Assembly (NCBI GenBank): GCA_965207455.1
Contig: CBDBMJ010000001.1
Span: 768,001-832,000, forward strand
DNA: 64,000 nt
Reading direction: 5' to 3'
DNA from: Bdellovibrionota bacterium
GTDB lineage: Bacteria; Bdellovibrionota; UBA1018; CAIPTA01; JAALKR01
Below are positions 32,257 through 43,683 of the stretch, in pieces. The first letter of the stretch is position 1. The number at the start of each line of letters is the position of its first letter. The translations under genes were made by a program, and so were the position numbers. The notes under the pieces were generated by a model. That model searched no databases and was not told the DNA's origin. It saw only the letters and a program-made list of their open reading frames with translations.

Positions 32257-33381
32257 ATGAGTAAATTATTAAGAGAAATAGCAGAAGAACTCAAAAATTC
32301 AAATAATAAGGTTCAATTAATTTATGCATTTAATGGCTCTCGAAAAACTCGCTTGTCTAGAGAATTTAAAGAGTTACTTACACCCTTAAAAACTGGTGAA
32401 GAAGATGATACAAGTGGAGAAGCCGAATTGGCTCGCACCAAAATTCTTTACTATAATGCTTTTACAGAAGACTTGTTTTATTGGAATAACGATTTGGAGA
32501 ATGATTCTGAACCAAAGCTAATGATTCAGCCAAATTCTTTTACTAAATGGGTACTAGAAGAGCAAGGTCAAGATCGAAATATTATTAGTAATTTCCAACG
32601 ATATGCGAGTGATAAATTAACTCCCCATTTTCATGAAGATTTGTCTTCTGTTACCTTTTCAATAGAACGTGGAGATGAAACTAGCTTAAATAATATAAAA
32701 ATATCTAAAGGAGAAGAAAGTAATTTTATTTTGAGTGTTTTTTATACATTGCTCTATCAGGTTATTAGTGTCTTAAGTGTTGTTGAACATGATGATCGGG
32801 AAACTAATGAGTTTGATAATCTAGAATATGTATTTATTGATGATCCGGTGAGTTCTTTGGATGAAAATCATTTGATTGAGTTAGCAGTAAATTTAGCTGA
32901 GCTGATTAAATTAAGTAAATCAGGTTTGAAGTTTATTATTTCTACCCATAACCCACTTTTTTATAATGTTTTATATAACGAACTGAACTCTAAATCTTGC
33001 TATATGTTAAGTAAAAATGAAGATGGTCGCTTTGATCTTAATCAAAAGGATGGCGACTCAAATAAGAGCTTTTCATATCATTTGTATTTAAAACAAATCA
33101 TTGAGCAGGCTATAGAAGATAATGAGATACAACGCTATCATTTTACGTTATTGAGAAATCTGTACGAAAAAACAGCAAGCTTTCTAGGTTATCAAAAATG
33201 GTCTGAATTGTTACCAAAAGACAGTCGAGAGGCTTACTTAGTTAGAGTTATTAATTTTTCTAGCCATTACACTTTATCCAATGATCAAGTAAAGCAGCCA
33301 ACTGAACCAGAAAAGAAAACAGTCCAGTTTCTATTAAGCAATCTAGTGGATAATTATGGCTTTTGGCAGCAAGGAGAATAA
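32257..33381 (+). CDS. prrC: PrrC anticodon nuclease with altered Walker A
   Basis: [46 protein letters not shown] and LLRNLYEK motifs; lies between hsdS and hsdR as in EcoprrI. Confidence 0.92.
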   Translation: MSKLLREIAEELKNSNNKVQLIYAFNGSRKTRLSREFKELLTPLKTGEEDDTSGEAELARTKILYYNAFTEDLFYWNNDLENDSEPKLMIQPNSFTKWVLEEQGQDRNIISNFQRYASDKLTPHFHEDLSSVTFSIERGDETSLNNIKISKGEESNFILSVFYTLLYQVISVLSVVEHDDRETNEFDNLEYVFIDDPVSSLDENHLIELAVNLAELIKLSKSGLKFIISTHNPLFYNVLYNELNSKSCYMLSKNEDGRFDLNQKDGDSNKSFSYHLYLKQIIEQAIEDNEIQRYHFTLLRNLYEKTASFLGYQKWSELLPKDSREAYLVRVINFSSHYTLSNDQVKQPTEPEKKTVQFLLSNLVDNYGFWQQGE

Positions 33382-33382
33382 G

Positions 33383-36300
33383 ATGGTTGATTATACGAAA
33401 CCAATTGCAGAATCAAATAACTTTATCGTTCTAGATAAATATACCAAAACTTGGGAAGAGAATGAGAGATATCAAAGTGAGGCTGAATTAGAGCGTGAGT
33501 TAATTGAGGACTTAAAAAGTCAGGGTTATAAATATGATTCTGATTTAAATAGTCCTGACAAAATGTTGGCCAATGTGCGCATACAGCTTCAAAGCTTAAA
33601 CAATGTTAAATTTTCTGATAGTGAGTGGAAACGATTTGTTGAAGAGTATTTAGATAAGCCTAGTGATAACATTGTAGATAAAACAAGAAAAATTCATGAT
33701 GATTATATCTATGACTTTGTTTTTGATGATGGCCATATTGAAAATATCTACTTGTTGAATAAAAATAATATTTGTAAAAACAAACTTCAAGTTATAAAGC
33801 AGTTTGAGCAAACTGGCACACATGCTAATCGTTATGATGTTACAATTTTAGTTAATGGGTTGCCATTAGTTCAAATTGAGCTAAAAAAACGAGGTGTTGC
33901 AATCCGTGAAGCTTTTAATCAAGTGCACCGTTACAGTAAAGAAAGCTTTAACTCTGAAAATTCACTATTTAAATATTTACAGCTTTTTGTCATTTCAAAT
34001 GGTACTGATTCTCGTTATTTTGCCAATACGACAAAGCGTGATAAAAATAGCTTTGATTTTACTATGAATTGGGCAAAGTCTGATAATACACTAATTAAAG
34101 ATTTAAAAGATTTTACTGCTACCTTTTTTCAAAAGAAAACCTTATTAAACGTTCTGATTCATTATTCAGTTTTTGATATAAGTAATAACTTGTTAGTTAT
34201 GCGACCCTACCAAATAGCAGCTACAGAGCGAATTTTGTGGAAAATTAAGAGTGCATATCAAGCTAAAAATTGGAGCAATATTGAAAGTGGTGGTTATATT
34301 TGGCACACTACTGGATCAGGGAAAACTCTCACAAGTTTTAAAGCGGCACGATTGGCGAAAGAACTTGATTTTGTAGATAAAGTGTTTTTTGTCGTTGATC
34401 GTAAAGATCTAGATTATCAAACGATGAAGGAATACCAGCGTTTTTCTCCTGACAGTGTCAATGGATCAGATAGTACCGCAGGCCTAAAGCGTAATATTAA
34501 AAAACAAGATAATAAAATTATTGTAACGACTATTCAAAAACTGAATAACTTACTAAAAAATGAAAATGATTTACCCATTTATAAAAAACAAGTGATTTTT
34601 ATTTTTGATGAAGCTCATCGTAGCCAGTTTGGAGAGGCACAGAAAAATTTAAAGAAAAAATTTAAACAATATTATCAATTTGGTTTTACTGGAACTCCAA
34701 TTTTTCCTGAAAATGCTTTAGGTGCCGAAACGACGGGTAGTGTTTTTGGTCGTGAGCTTCACTCTTACGTTATCACTGATGCAATTCGTGATGAAAAAGT
34801 ATTAAAGTTTAAAGTTGATTATAATGATGTTAGAGCTAAATTTAAATCTATTGAATCAGAGCAAGACGATAAGAAGTTAACAGCAGCAGAAAATAAAGAA
34901 GCATTTCTACATCCTGAACGTATTAGTGAGATTTCACAATATATCTTGAATAACTTCAGGCATAAGACTCATCGCCGACAAACAGGAAGTAAGGGATTTA
35001 ATGCAATATTTGCTGTTAGTAGTGTAGATGCGGCAAAGGCTTATTACGAGTCAATTCAGAAGTTACAGAATGAAGAGGGTCTAAAAAATCCTAATGCTAA
35101 GTTGCTTAATGTTGCTACTATTTTTTCTTATGCTGCTAATGAAGAACAAGATGCCGTGGGAGAAATCCCTGATGAAGGCTTTGAAGTATCAGCTATGAAC
35201 AGTAGTGCTAAAGAGTTTTTAAGTTCTGCTGTTGATGATTACAATGCCGTTTTTAAAACTAATTTTGGTATAGATAGTAAGGGGTTTCAAAATTATTATC
35301 GTGACCTTGCCAATCGAGTAAAAAAACAAGAAGTGGATTTGTTAATTGTCGTTGGTATGTTTTTAACAGGTTTTGATGCACCTACACTGAACACCTTGTT
35401 TGTAGATAAGAACTTACGTTATCACGGATTAATGCAAGCCTTTTCACGAACCAACCGCATTTATGATTCGACTAAAACCTTTGGTAATATTGTTACATTC
35501 CGTGATTTAGAGAAGTCTACAATTGATGCGATTACGTTATTTGGCGATAAAAATACAAAAAATGTTGTACTAGAAAAAAGTTATAAAGAATATATGGAAG
35601 GGTTTACGGATCAAGAGACTGGTGAGGCTCGTCGTGGTTACTTGGATGTTGTTAATGAGCTACAAAGTCGTTTTCCTAGGCCGGATGATATTATTAAAGA
35701 AAAAGATAAAAAAGATTTCGTTAAACTGTTTGGTGAGTATTTGCGTGTCGAGCATGTATTGCAAAACTATGATGAGTTCGCGGGGCTTAAAGCTTTACAA
35801 GATATTGATTTGGATGATCCCGAAGAAGTCGAAGGATTTAAAGCAAAGTACTACTTAAATGATGATGATATTAAGGCTATACAAGAAATTGAAATTCCTT
35901 CAGAACGAGCAATTCAAGATTATCGTTCCTTTTATAATGATACTCGCGATTGGCTACGGAGAGAAAAAGCTGCAAAGAAAAATGAGGAGTCTGGAATTGA
36001 TTGGGGTGATGTCGTTTTTGAGGTGGACTTACTTAAATCTCAAGAGATAAACCTTGATTATATCCTTGAATTAATTTTTGATCATAACAAAATGAATAAA
36101 AATAAAGCAGAGTTAATTGAAGAAGTTCGTCGTTTGATTAGGGCTAACCTTGGAAATCGTGCAAAAGAAAGTCTTGTTGTTGATTTTATCAATCAAAGCA
36201 ACTTGGATGATATTGTGGATAAGGCCAGCATTATTGATGAGTTTTTTAAGTTTGCTCAAGCGGAACAAAAGCGCGAAGCAGATGAACTAATTAAGTCTGA

Positions 36301-36502
36301 AGGCTTAAATGAAAAAGCTGCCAAACGTTACATTCAAATATCTTTACGGAGAGAATATGCAAGTGAGAATGGTACTGCATTGAATGAAGCGTTACCAAAG
36401 ATGAGTCCTCTTAATCCTAAATATAAAACTATAAAGGATACTGTCTTTCAGAAAATTGCTGCTTTTGTTGAAAAATTTAAAGGGGTTGGTGGCAAATTAT
36501 AG
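33383..36502 (+). CDS. hsdR: type I R-M restriction subunit
   Basis: QIELK nuclease motif, [22 protein letters not shown] and [17 protein letters not shown] before ATG 33383. Confidence 0.97.
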   Translation: MVDYTKPIAESNNFIVLDKYTKTWEENERYQSEAELERELIEDLKSQGYKYDSDLNSPDKMLANVRIQLQSLNNVKFSDSEWKRFVEEYLDKPSDNIVDKTRKIHDDYIYDFVFDDGHIENIYLLNKNNICKNKLQVIKQFEQTGTHANRYDVTILVNGLPLVQIELKKRGVAIREAFNQVHRYSKESFNSENSLFKYLQLFVISNGTDSRYFANTTKRDKNSFDFTMNWAKSDNTLIKDLKDFTATFFQKKTLLNVLIHYSVFDISNNLLVMRPYQIAATERILWKIKSAYQAKNWSNIESGGYIWHTTGSGKTLTSFKAARLAKELDFVDKVFFVVDRKDLDYQTMKEYQRFSPDSVNGSDSTAGLKRNIKKQDNKIIVTTIQKLNNLLKNENDLPIYKKQVIFIFDEAHRSQFGEAQKNLKKKFKQYYQFGFTGTPIFPENALGAETTGSVFGRELHSYVITDAIRDEKVLKFKVDYNDVRAKFKSIESEQDDKKLTAAENKEAFLHPERISEISQYILNNFRHKTHRRQTGSKGFNAIFAVSSVDAAKAYYESIQKLQNEEGLKNPNAKLLNVATIFSYAANEEQDAVGEIPDEGFEVSAMNSSAKEFLSSAVDDYNAVFKTNFGIDSKGFQNYYRDLANRVKKQEVDLLIVVGMFLTGFDAPTLNTLFVDKNLRYHGLMQAFSRTNRIYDSTKTFGNIVTFRDLEKSTIDAITLFGDKNTKNVVLEKSYKEYMEGFTDQETGEARRGYLDVVNELQSRFPRPDDIIKEKDKKDFVKLFGEYLRVEHVLQNYDEFAGLKALQDIDLDDPEEVEGFKAKYYLNDDDIKAIQEIEIPSERAIQDYRSFYNDTRDWLRREKAAKKNEESGIDWGDVVFEVDLLKSQEINLDYILELIFDHNKMNKNKAELIEEVRRLIRANLGNRAKESLVVDFINQSNLDDIVDKASIIDEFFKFAQAEQKREADELIKSEGLNEKAAKRYIQISLRREYASENGTALNEALPKMSPLNPKYKTIKDTVFQKIAAFVEKFKGVGGKL

Positions 36503-36687
36503 ATTTGGAACCAACCCTCAATCGCTGTCGACTGAGGAACGACTACTCTGCGTAGTCCACTACATTTTTAAAGAGCCGTTCACTACTTTGGTCATTACAA
36601 ATTAGCTACGACTACCGTGATTTCATGTGATTTAGAGTGATAAAGGAGACGACCGAGAAGAAACTCTCTTGATAACTGTTTAATTTT

Positions 36688-37229
36688 GGGTCTCCTAACT
36701 TGATGGTGTGCGCACCGCTTCCTGACCATTTTACTTAGATGAGACATAGGTACCAACTTTCAGTAAGATTAAATTGTAAAAGCTTAATTTTATTAAAAGA
36801 AAGGACACCTATGTCTCCAGAAAATCATCTCGTAAATCGCTTCATTTTGCCAGACTTGAAGTTCAAAAAATTCATAAAACAATCTAACAAGACGTTTCTC
36901 TTCTTCTGCGTTAAGAAGAGCCAATGGGAAGTATGCCGGAAGTGCCCCACAAAATCCTTCTCCGTTCATGACAAGAGAATGGTAACCATCAGAGATGCTC
37001 GGCTTCAAAACAAGCATGTGAAGCTCATTATTGAGAAACGGCGGTTCCGCTGTCCAAGGTGCAAATCTGTATTCACTGAATCTATTGATGGTATTAAGGT
37101 TGGATTTAGAACCACAGAGAAGTATCGTAATGAACTCCTTTATGACTTCAGGCAATCGTCTTGCGCAACAACTGTTGCTAAAAAGCTAAGATGCTCCACC
37201 TCTTTTGTGACTTACACTGTGAATGAAAG
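36688..37229 (+). mobile_element. truncated ISL3-family element (transposase N-terminus from 36811)
   Basis: GGGTCT left end; zinc finger CRKC..HDKR..IRD..KRRFRCPRC; cut by IS66. Confidence 0.75.
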
Positions 37230-37329
37230 GTAAGCGGTCGGTGAACGGCAGGCTTTGAGATAAGGCAATTCTGTGCTATAGTATTTGCCCCATTCTATAG
37301 GTCAGTCAGTTTCATTTGGCAGAGATTTT

Positions 37330-38973
37330 TCAGCAGTCCACATTGGCTGCTGCATAGTCGGCTGGACTTATTCTTGTTGGCAGGAGCTTTTCAAAGTCTT
37401 CTACCGTATTCCCTTTGGGTATTTCTTGTAAGATGTATCGAAAATAAGCAAACGGCTCATGTCCATTAGCCGTAGCCGTTGCCATAATACTGTAAATTAT
37501 TGCTGATGCGTTGGCTCCCTTAACAGATTGTGAAAATAACCAATTTTTTCTACCAATAGCAAACGGGCGTATCTTATTCTCAACGAATTGGTTGCTGATA
37601 TTTAAATTCCCATCCCTTATATACACTTTTAGATATTTCCATTCATTTAAAGCATAACTAATAGCTTTGCCGAGTGGGCTTTCAGGAGCAACGGTTATTC
37701 GAGTTTTCTCTAACCATTCATGGAAGCTGTCTAGTATCATCTTAGATTTTTCTTGCCTTATTTTATATTTTTCCTCTGCACCTAGCTTAGACTCCCTCAT
37801 ATATTTTTCTAATTTATACAGCTTTTCAATATAGCTTAGAGCTTTTCCTGTTTTACCCTGCTTTTTAGTGATTTTATGTGCTTCAAAGAACTTCCTTCTT
37901 GCATGATCCCAGCACCCCAAGCGAATTATTTCCGGATTCTCTCGGCATAATGCATTGTAACCACGATAGGCATCTGTCTGCAGGTATCCTTTAAAACCAG
38001 GCAATAGTTTCTTTGGAACATCTCCACTTCTCGTAGGGTCATATTCATAGAGGATAATTGGTTTAACACCATCTCTTCCTCTTACCCACATGTAGGATTT
38101 TGACTCTGCTTTTTTTCCTGGCTCTGATAAAACCTGCAATGGAGTCTCATCCATTTGCACATACTTGCTAGATAATAACTCATCTTGCAATAGATTAAAT
38201 AAAGGCATCATTAAATCGGCACTTTTTATCATCCAATCACTCATCATACCTCTAGATATATCTACTCCAGCGTTCACAAACATGCCTTCCATACGATACA
38301 GGGGAATATGATTGCAATATTTATTTACTATTATTTGCGCAAGAAGCCCTGGACCTGCAATCGACTTAGGAATTGGCATAGGATTAGACGCTATCTTTGA
38401 TTTTCCACATTTTTTGCACTTATATTGTTTTCTTATAATTTTGATCGCCTTTATAATTTGTGGCAAAGCATCCATATATTCTGATACTTTATCTCCATTT
38501 TCTTTCATAATAACACGGCAATCTGAGCAGACTCTTTCCTTCTCTGAAAGTGCGATCTTCTTAGGCTCTCGAGGAATATTTGCTGGTATGGGCTTGCGCT
38601 TGGGTTTAGATTTGGAACTTTTCCATCCAACTGGCGCTTCTTTTCTTTTTTCTACTGCTTGTTCATCAGAATCGCAACTTTCCTCTGGCTTTTCCTCATT
38701 AAAAAGAGGATCTTGTTCGTGGCATTCTCCATGCTTCTGCTTTTTCCTTTTCTCTGTAGATTGACCAAATAATTCTTCACTTAACAATCTAATTCTTTCG
38801 CCTTGGCGTAATATTCTTGTTTCGGCAGATATTAGTTTCTGATTTAATTTATTTTTTTCTTCTCTTAATTTAGTTATTGATGTATTTGCAGAAATGAGTT
38901 TTTTATTTAATTGCAAGGCAAGCTTTTTGATACTGGCGATATCTTTAGGCATGTTATTCTTATCAATAAGCAT
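37330..38973 (-). CDS. tnpC: IS66 transposase TnpC
   Basis: Coiled coil, zinc ribbon, DETP, TDAY, CWDHARRKF and ENKIRPFAIGRKNWLF. Confidence 0.95.
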   Translation of the reverse strand: MLIDKNNMPKDIASIKKLALQLNKKLISANTSITKLREEKNKLNQKLISAETRILRQGERIRLLSEELFGQSTEKRKKQKHGECHEQDPLFNEEKPEESCDSDEQAVEKRKEAPVGWKSSKSKPKRKPIPANIPREPKKIALSEKERVCSDCRVIMKENGDKVSEYMDALPQIIKAIKIIRKQYKCKKCGKSKIASNPMPIPKSIAGPGLLAQIIVNKYCNHIPLYRMEGMFVNAGVDISRGMMSDWMIKSADLMMPLFNLLQDELLSSKYVQMDETPLQVLSEPGKKAESKSYMWVRGRDGVKPIILYEYDPTRSGDVPKKLLPGFKGYLQTDAYRGYNALCRENPEIIRLGCWDHARRKFFEAHKITKKQGKTGKALSYIEKLYKLEKYMRESKLGAEEKYKIRQEKSKMILDSFHEWLEKTRITVAPESPLGKAISYALNEWKYLKVYIRDGNLNISNQFVENKIRPFAIGRKNWLFSQSVKGANASAIIYSIMATATANGHEPFAYFRYILQEIPKGNTVEDFEKLLPTRISPADYAAANVDC

Positions 38974-39012
38974 AAAAATATAATAACAAGCAATTTCCTA
39001 TCTCTCAATACT

Positions 39013-39366
39013 TTATTGAGAATAACTTAATTTTTTATGTGGCTTATACTCCCAAAAATTATAACCATCTAACAACAAACGAAGCTTTTCTTCATCTATT
39101 TCAAATACAGCCTGATCTTTATCCTTTGGTAAAAAAAACCTTTCTTTCTCCAAGCGCTTATACCAAAGAGCAAATCCTGAACGATCCCAATATAAAATTT
39201 TTATGCGACTCTTGTTTCGATTCACAAATACGAACAGAAATGAACCAAATGGATCCATCTCCATCTCATCTGCCACTATCTGACTCAAACCATTAATGCT
39301 TTTACGAAAATCTACAATCTCTCGGTATAAATAGATATTTGAAAATTGACTCAAATCAATCATCAT
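39013..39366 (-). CDS. tnpB: IS66 accessory protein TnpB
   Basis: DFRKSINGL and KILYWDRSGFALWYKRLE. Confidence 0.95.
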   Translation of the reverse strand: MMIDLSQFSNIYLYREIVDFRKSINGLSQIVADEMEMDPFGSFLFVFVNRNKSRIKILYWDRSGFALWYKRLEKERFFLPKDKDQAVFEIDEEKLRLLLDGYNFWEYKPHKKLSYSQ

Positions 39367-39674
39367 TTACCTCTGAACCAATCAATTGGAGGTAACTTTT
39401 TGAGCTTTATGCGTACTCCACAGGGCAAAAATATTTCTATGAAGTCATTTTCATTGTTTATGGACCTAAGCTCCATAAATCTATTTTTCTTTATTTTCTG
39501 AGCAAAATTTTTTCTCTTCCAGTAAGATAGCGCTGGCGCACTTAATTTGTTCTGTCTGCAATACTCAGCTGCTATCAATCCGCTTGTTTTCTGCTCTTCG
39601 ATTTTCTTTCGCCAATAGCTCTCTTTCAGACCTTTATTTGGCTTTTCTGTTTCCTTTTCTTTCATGAGCGGCAT
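39363..39674 (-). CDS. tnpA: IS66 accessory protein TnpA
   Basis: W..SGL..AEYCRQ..L..YWKRK HTH pattern. Confidence 0.9.
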   Translation of the reverse strand: MPLMKEKETEKPNKGLKESYWRKKIEEQKTSGLIAAEYCRQNKLSAPALSYWKRKNFAQKIKKNRFMELRSINNENDFIEIFLPCGVRIKLKKLPPIDWFRGK

Positions 39675-40059
39675 TATAACAGAATTTCTCTAGATCAGAG
39701 ACTGCCGATCACCGACCGCTTACGCAACTAATGTACCCCCTAAGAGAGAATTTCTTTTTGAAAGCCTTTCTATGAGCTTCCAGATTATTTCAATTCAAGA
39801 GTTTCAAAAATGAAGAAAGCATCACATAAAATACCCAGAATAGTTACTGAAGAAATCAAGCTAATAGAAAGCCTTACTGCCATAGCGAAGAAGAATTTTA
39901 AAAAATATGGACCTCCTAAAGACTCATCTCTCCAAGAAGATCTCCAGGAGATTAGTAAAATATTTATTTTAATCATCTACAAGCAAGAGTCCTATAAAGG
40001 GAAGAGCTGATACGGCTCTCCCTCCGTTTAAAGAAAGTTGCTCATTTTTTCGAGAAAGA

Positions 40060-40299
40060 TCATTTTTCCAAATCCCTAGTATAGCTTTCAAGAAGATCAA
40101 TGACATCTCTCTTTTTTTTCACAGAGTCGCTAGCATTTAACTCTAAGTATTTTTCTTCTGATGTTTTTAATCTTTTTAAAATTCCCTGCACAGTCGGGTT
40201 TTCAGATTTTCGAGGCTGCATCATGGGACCGGACGTGTCAACTCGTCGCTTTAATTCCCAAGGTAAATCGTGATATTTTAATTTTTTTTGTCGAGCCAT
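40060..40299 (-). CDS. small hypothetical protein, possibly truncated
   Basis: 79-aa ORF whose stop lies in the IS3-like end motif. Confidence 0.4.
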   Translation of the reverse strand: MARQKKLKYHDLPWELKRRVDTSGPMMQPRKSENPTVQGILKRLKTSEEKYLELNASDSVKKKRDVIDLLESYTRDLEK

Positions 40300-40501
40300 A
40301 TCCGCACTTATCCTAATTATACTTAACTCAAAAAGACAAGCAGTTTATTTAATGCTTACAAAAATAACTATCGGTATGATGTATAGGCAATGAGATATTC
40401 ATAATCGCTTGCATCAAATCCTTGCTGTCATTACGCAGTTGACTCAAGGAACCTTGCGATACCCTAACATGCCAACTGTAAAACTTTGTGTTGAGATTAG
40501 G

Positions 40502-40867
40502 CTATTTTAACTCCCATCGAGTTTTCAAGAATTTAATGAGGGACACAAAGTTACTGCGTTCCTTAGAAGACAGTTTATGACCAAAACGAATCCAGTCTCG
40601 CTCAGAGTCATCAATCTGTGATGTTTTGGTTTGAGGCAAGGTAGCAAGCAGCTTGGGGTCGACACCCCTAGCAATAAGGAGACGAATTAGAGTATCCGCA
40701 TTGACAGTCTTCCGCCAAGCCATTGTTCGTAAGGTTTCGGGACTAAGACCAGCTTTTTTGGCTAATTTAGCTCGTTCCTTTGGAGTCATGCCTTCGGGAA
40801 CAGCAAAGTCCATTAAAGCATTAATAATTGATTTCACAGTCTTATCTATTTCAGCCATACGGGTCAA
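40502..40867 (-). CDS. putative HTH regulator
   Basis: RAKLAKKAGLSPETLRTM..VNADTLIRL XRE-like pattern. Confidence 0.6.
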   Translation of the reverse strand: MTRMAEIDKTVKSIINALMDFAVPEGMTPKERAKLAKKAGLSPETLRTMAWRKTVNADTLIRLLIARGVDPKLLATLPQTKTSQIDDSERDWIRFGHKLSSKERSNFVSLIKFLKTRWELK

Positions 40868-40954
40868 CCCTTCACATTAAGACTATAAGCTCATAAAGGC
40901 TATAATTCAGTCAAGTCAATCATGGCCAGAAGGAAATATGGCAGTTTAAAAAAA

Positions 40955-43645
40955 TCATTCTATAGGACTTTTAGTTAATAGAGAGTTTCCATATTTCATT
41001 TCTCTTAATTTAAATGCTTCACCCCCTCCTTCAAGAATCGCACAAACATGCTCCCTTATGCTAGTCAAGTCCAAAATATCTCCATTTATTTTATCGACAG
41101 GCCGGGTGTTCTCTAAACTGCCGGTGATATATTTAAACCTCTTTTTATTTTTATTTGGAGATTCAATTCCGTCTTGATTTGCAACTATAACATTTTCACT
41201 ATCAGAGCCAACAACAATATTTGAATTGTGAGTAGCAAGAATTATTTGTCTTCTGGTTTTTTTGTATTTTAGATATTGAACAAGATCTGAAAATATTGTC
41301 CTATTATCTAAATCATCCTCTGGTTGATCTATTAGTATAGGGCAGGATTTTTCACTGAACTCTAGAAGAAGCATGAGAATTACAAAAGCTTTTTTACCAT
41401 CAGACATTTTTTTAAAATTATCATCTTCATATTCTAGATCGTAAGAAATTTTATAAAAGCACTCTGTTAAAAGTGACGTCGCTAGCCTTTGATGAGTGAA
41501 GCTAGATTTGAGTTTTAGAGATTCATTAAGGAGTGCATTGAACACTTTAGTGATATGGTTTTCATAGCCATCATTGCTTGTAAATTTAAAATTTGATAAG
41601 TCTTGATTACTGGTACTTTTTTGATTTATTCCATCTTTTAATATTTCAGTGTATTTCTTCTCACCAAACTCAGCCTTCGATCGTATGTGAAGAGTCTTAT
41701 GACTCTTAGATAGTTTAGGGAGAAGGTCTATCATTTTTGAGTAGTAAGATTTATGAAAGCTTATAATTTCTAGTCTTAATTCATTTTTTTGTGATTTAAA
41801 ATATTCCATCTTCTTCTCTATTTTTTCAATACTCTCAAGATTTTCTTTCTGGCTTGCAATATTTTTTTCAACCTCTACTATTTGTTCAGACTCTGCAAAT
41901 ATTTTTGAAATCCTAATAAAAATCTCATTTTTTTTATTACGATTGATATTTTCTATCATTATTTTTATTTCCTTTTTGACCTCTTCAATTAACTTATCTA
42001 GAGACTTCTTCCATTCCTTATTCGTACTTTCCATTAAGCTAGATAAAATACTTAAAATCTTTCCTTTATTTTTTTCTGTAATTTCAGTTTCTTGATGAAT
42101 AGTCGCTGGATTGAATAGACAAAGGATCTTTAATTGAGTGACTTTTTCAATATCTGCTTCTGCACTATTTTTAAGCAATGTTTGCTTTTCAATTTCAATT
42201 TTGCAATTTTCATAGGTTGAAATTTCATCTTCGGTAATTTCTTTTGTATTTAACTTATTTTTCTCAGATTGGAGTTTTTTGATTTCCTTTTCAACACTTT
42301 TTTTATCTCCTAATGCAGATTCTTCCATTGAATTTTCTTTTATATTGTCAATAATTTGAAAAATTTCATTTACTGATGAAGAGATATTTTGTTTAATCTC
42401 AAATTTCTCTTTATTAAATGAACTCAATAATTCATTTGCACCACTTCGTTTTAAAATATCTTGAATAAGACTATTAAATTTTTCATGATTTTGCGTGAGC
42501 TCATGCATATATCCTTGTTCAAAAAATTCTATTTCCCTCTTATCATCTGTCTCATTATCCTTCCATTGTATTTCAATTGAATTAGATATTTTAGTGATGA
42601 ATTCTTCATAATCAGCTTTAGACTCTCCAAACAATTCTTCATTTTTAGTGATTTTTTTTGCAATTGATGATAGTAATATAGATTTTCCTGTTGATCGACC
42701 TCCAATAATTGAATTTAGATTTTGATTTAAGTCAATCCTTTGGTTATATATCTCATCATTATCAATGTTTATATGATCAATTATTTTATATAATTCTCTT
42801 TCTTCTTCAGGCTTTCTTTCTTGAATTTTAACTCGAGATTCTGGTTCAAAAACAATCTGTTTTAACCCATCAAAGGTCAAATCTGCTTTTATCCAACAAT
42901 ATTTATTTGTTGGATTTGAGTCTTTGTCCCTAAGTTTTCCGATTGGATATGAGGCATCATGCGAGTCACTTCCCTTTATACACGGTTTTTTACCGATTGG
43001 ACTTTTTTCTTTAAGAAAGAAATTTATCTGTTTTTTATTAGATGAGCCGAGTATATGGGCTTTTTTTATATATTCAATTTTGGCTGAAGAATCAAAATTT
43101 GGATCTATCCCATCTATTCCACCATATTCATTGTAGGGTATAAGTAATAAGAAATTTCCATTAAATTTTTTATTTCTATTGAGTTTTTTTAAAGTATCAT
43201 CAAGAGAAACTTTCTTATTAACCAACTTTTCTTTTTTACTGTAATCTGAAATGATCATTCCTCCATCAGCTTCAAGCGATTTAATAAAAATTTCAATTTC
43301 TTCAATGCTTAATATTTTTTCATCATTGTTAAATATTAAATGGAAATTGAAGTGCTTTGGACTCCTTCCTTTATGTCTATTCTGCAGCATATCAGTCATT
43401 CGCATTTCAACAACAGGAAATAGAACTTTATCTTTAATATTCAATTTGCCTGAACTGATTTTATCTAAAAGATACTTATAACCACCTATGGAATAATAAT
43501 CATTTATACCAATTGCATCACAGTCAGCATCAATAATTTGTTTCTCAAATGCATCAATTCCTCCAATATAGTTTGCAGAATATGGCGAATGCACATGAAA
43601 ATCCCATTTTTTCCATAAAGAGCCTTTTGGGAAATTATTTTTCAT
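40955..43645 (-). CDS. PHP + SMC/ABC ATPase fusion (TrlF/Ppl-like antiphage protein)
   Basis: WDFHVHSP, NDY and GSDSH (PHP); GGRSTGKS, coiled coil, MSDGKK, IDQPED, ATHN and LEGG. Confidence 0.88.
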   Translation of the reverse strand: MKNNFPKGSLWKKWDFHVHSPYSANYIGGIDAFEKQIIDADCDAIGINDYYSIGGYKYLLDKISSGKLNIKDKVLFPVVEMRMTDMLQNRHKGRSPKHFNFHLIFNNDEKILSIEEIEIFIKSLEADGGMIISDYSKKEKLVNKKVSLDDTLKKLNRNKKFNGNFLLLIPYNEYGGIDGIDPNFDSSAKIEYIKKAHILGSSNKKQINFFLKEKSPIGKKPCIKGSDSHDASYPIGKLRDKDSNPTNKYCWIKADLTFDGLKQIVFEPESRVKIQERKPEEERELYKIIDHINIDNDEIYNQRIDLNQNLNSIIGGRSTGKSILLSSIAKKITKNEELFGESKADYEEFITKISNSIEIQWKDNETDDKREIEFFEQGYMHELTQNHEKFNSLIQDILKRSGANELLSSFNKEKFEIKQNISSSVNEIFQIIDNIKENSMEESALGDKKSVEKEIKKLQSEKNKLNTKEITEDEISTYENCKIEIEKQTLLKNSAEADIEKVTQLKILCLFNPATIHQETEITEKNKGKILSILSSLMESTNKEWKKSLDKLIEEVKKEIKIMIENINRNKKNEIFIRISKIFAESEQIVEVEKNIASQKENLESIEKIEKKMEYFKSQKNELRLEIISFHKSYYSKMIDLLPKLSKSHKTLHIRSKAEFGEKKYTEILKDGINQKSTSNQDLSNFKFTSNDGYENHITKVFNALLNESLKLKSSFTHQRLATSLLTECFYKISYDLEYEDDNFKKMSDGKKAFVILMLLLEFSEKSCPILIDQPEDDLDNRTIFSDLVQYLKYKKTRRQIILATHNSNIVVGSDSENVIVANQDGIESPNKNKKRFKYITGSLENTRPVDKINGDILDLTSIREHVCAILEGGGEAFKLREMKYGNSLLTKSPIE

Positions 43646-43683
43646 AAGAACTTACCTCCTCATTTATATCGTTCTTTCAATGA

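Larger units (their letters stand above)
37230..39723 (-). mobile_element. IS66-family element
   Basis: IRs gtaagcggtcggtgaacggcag / ctgccgatcaccgaccgcttac; tnpA-tnpB-tnpC; flanks aatgaaag/gcaactaa do not match. Confidence 0.95.

Noticed and set aside
39785..40010. Overlapping 63- and 66-aa ORFs next to IS66
   Set aside because: No motif support and they lie between IS scars; I cannot tell which, if either, is real.
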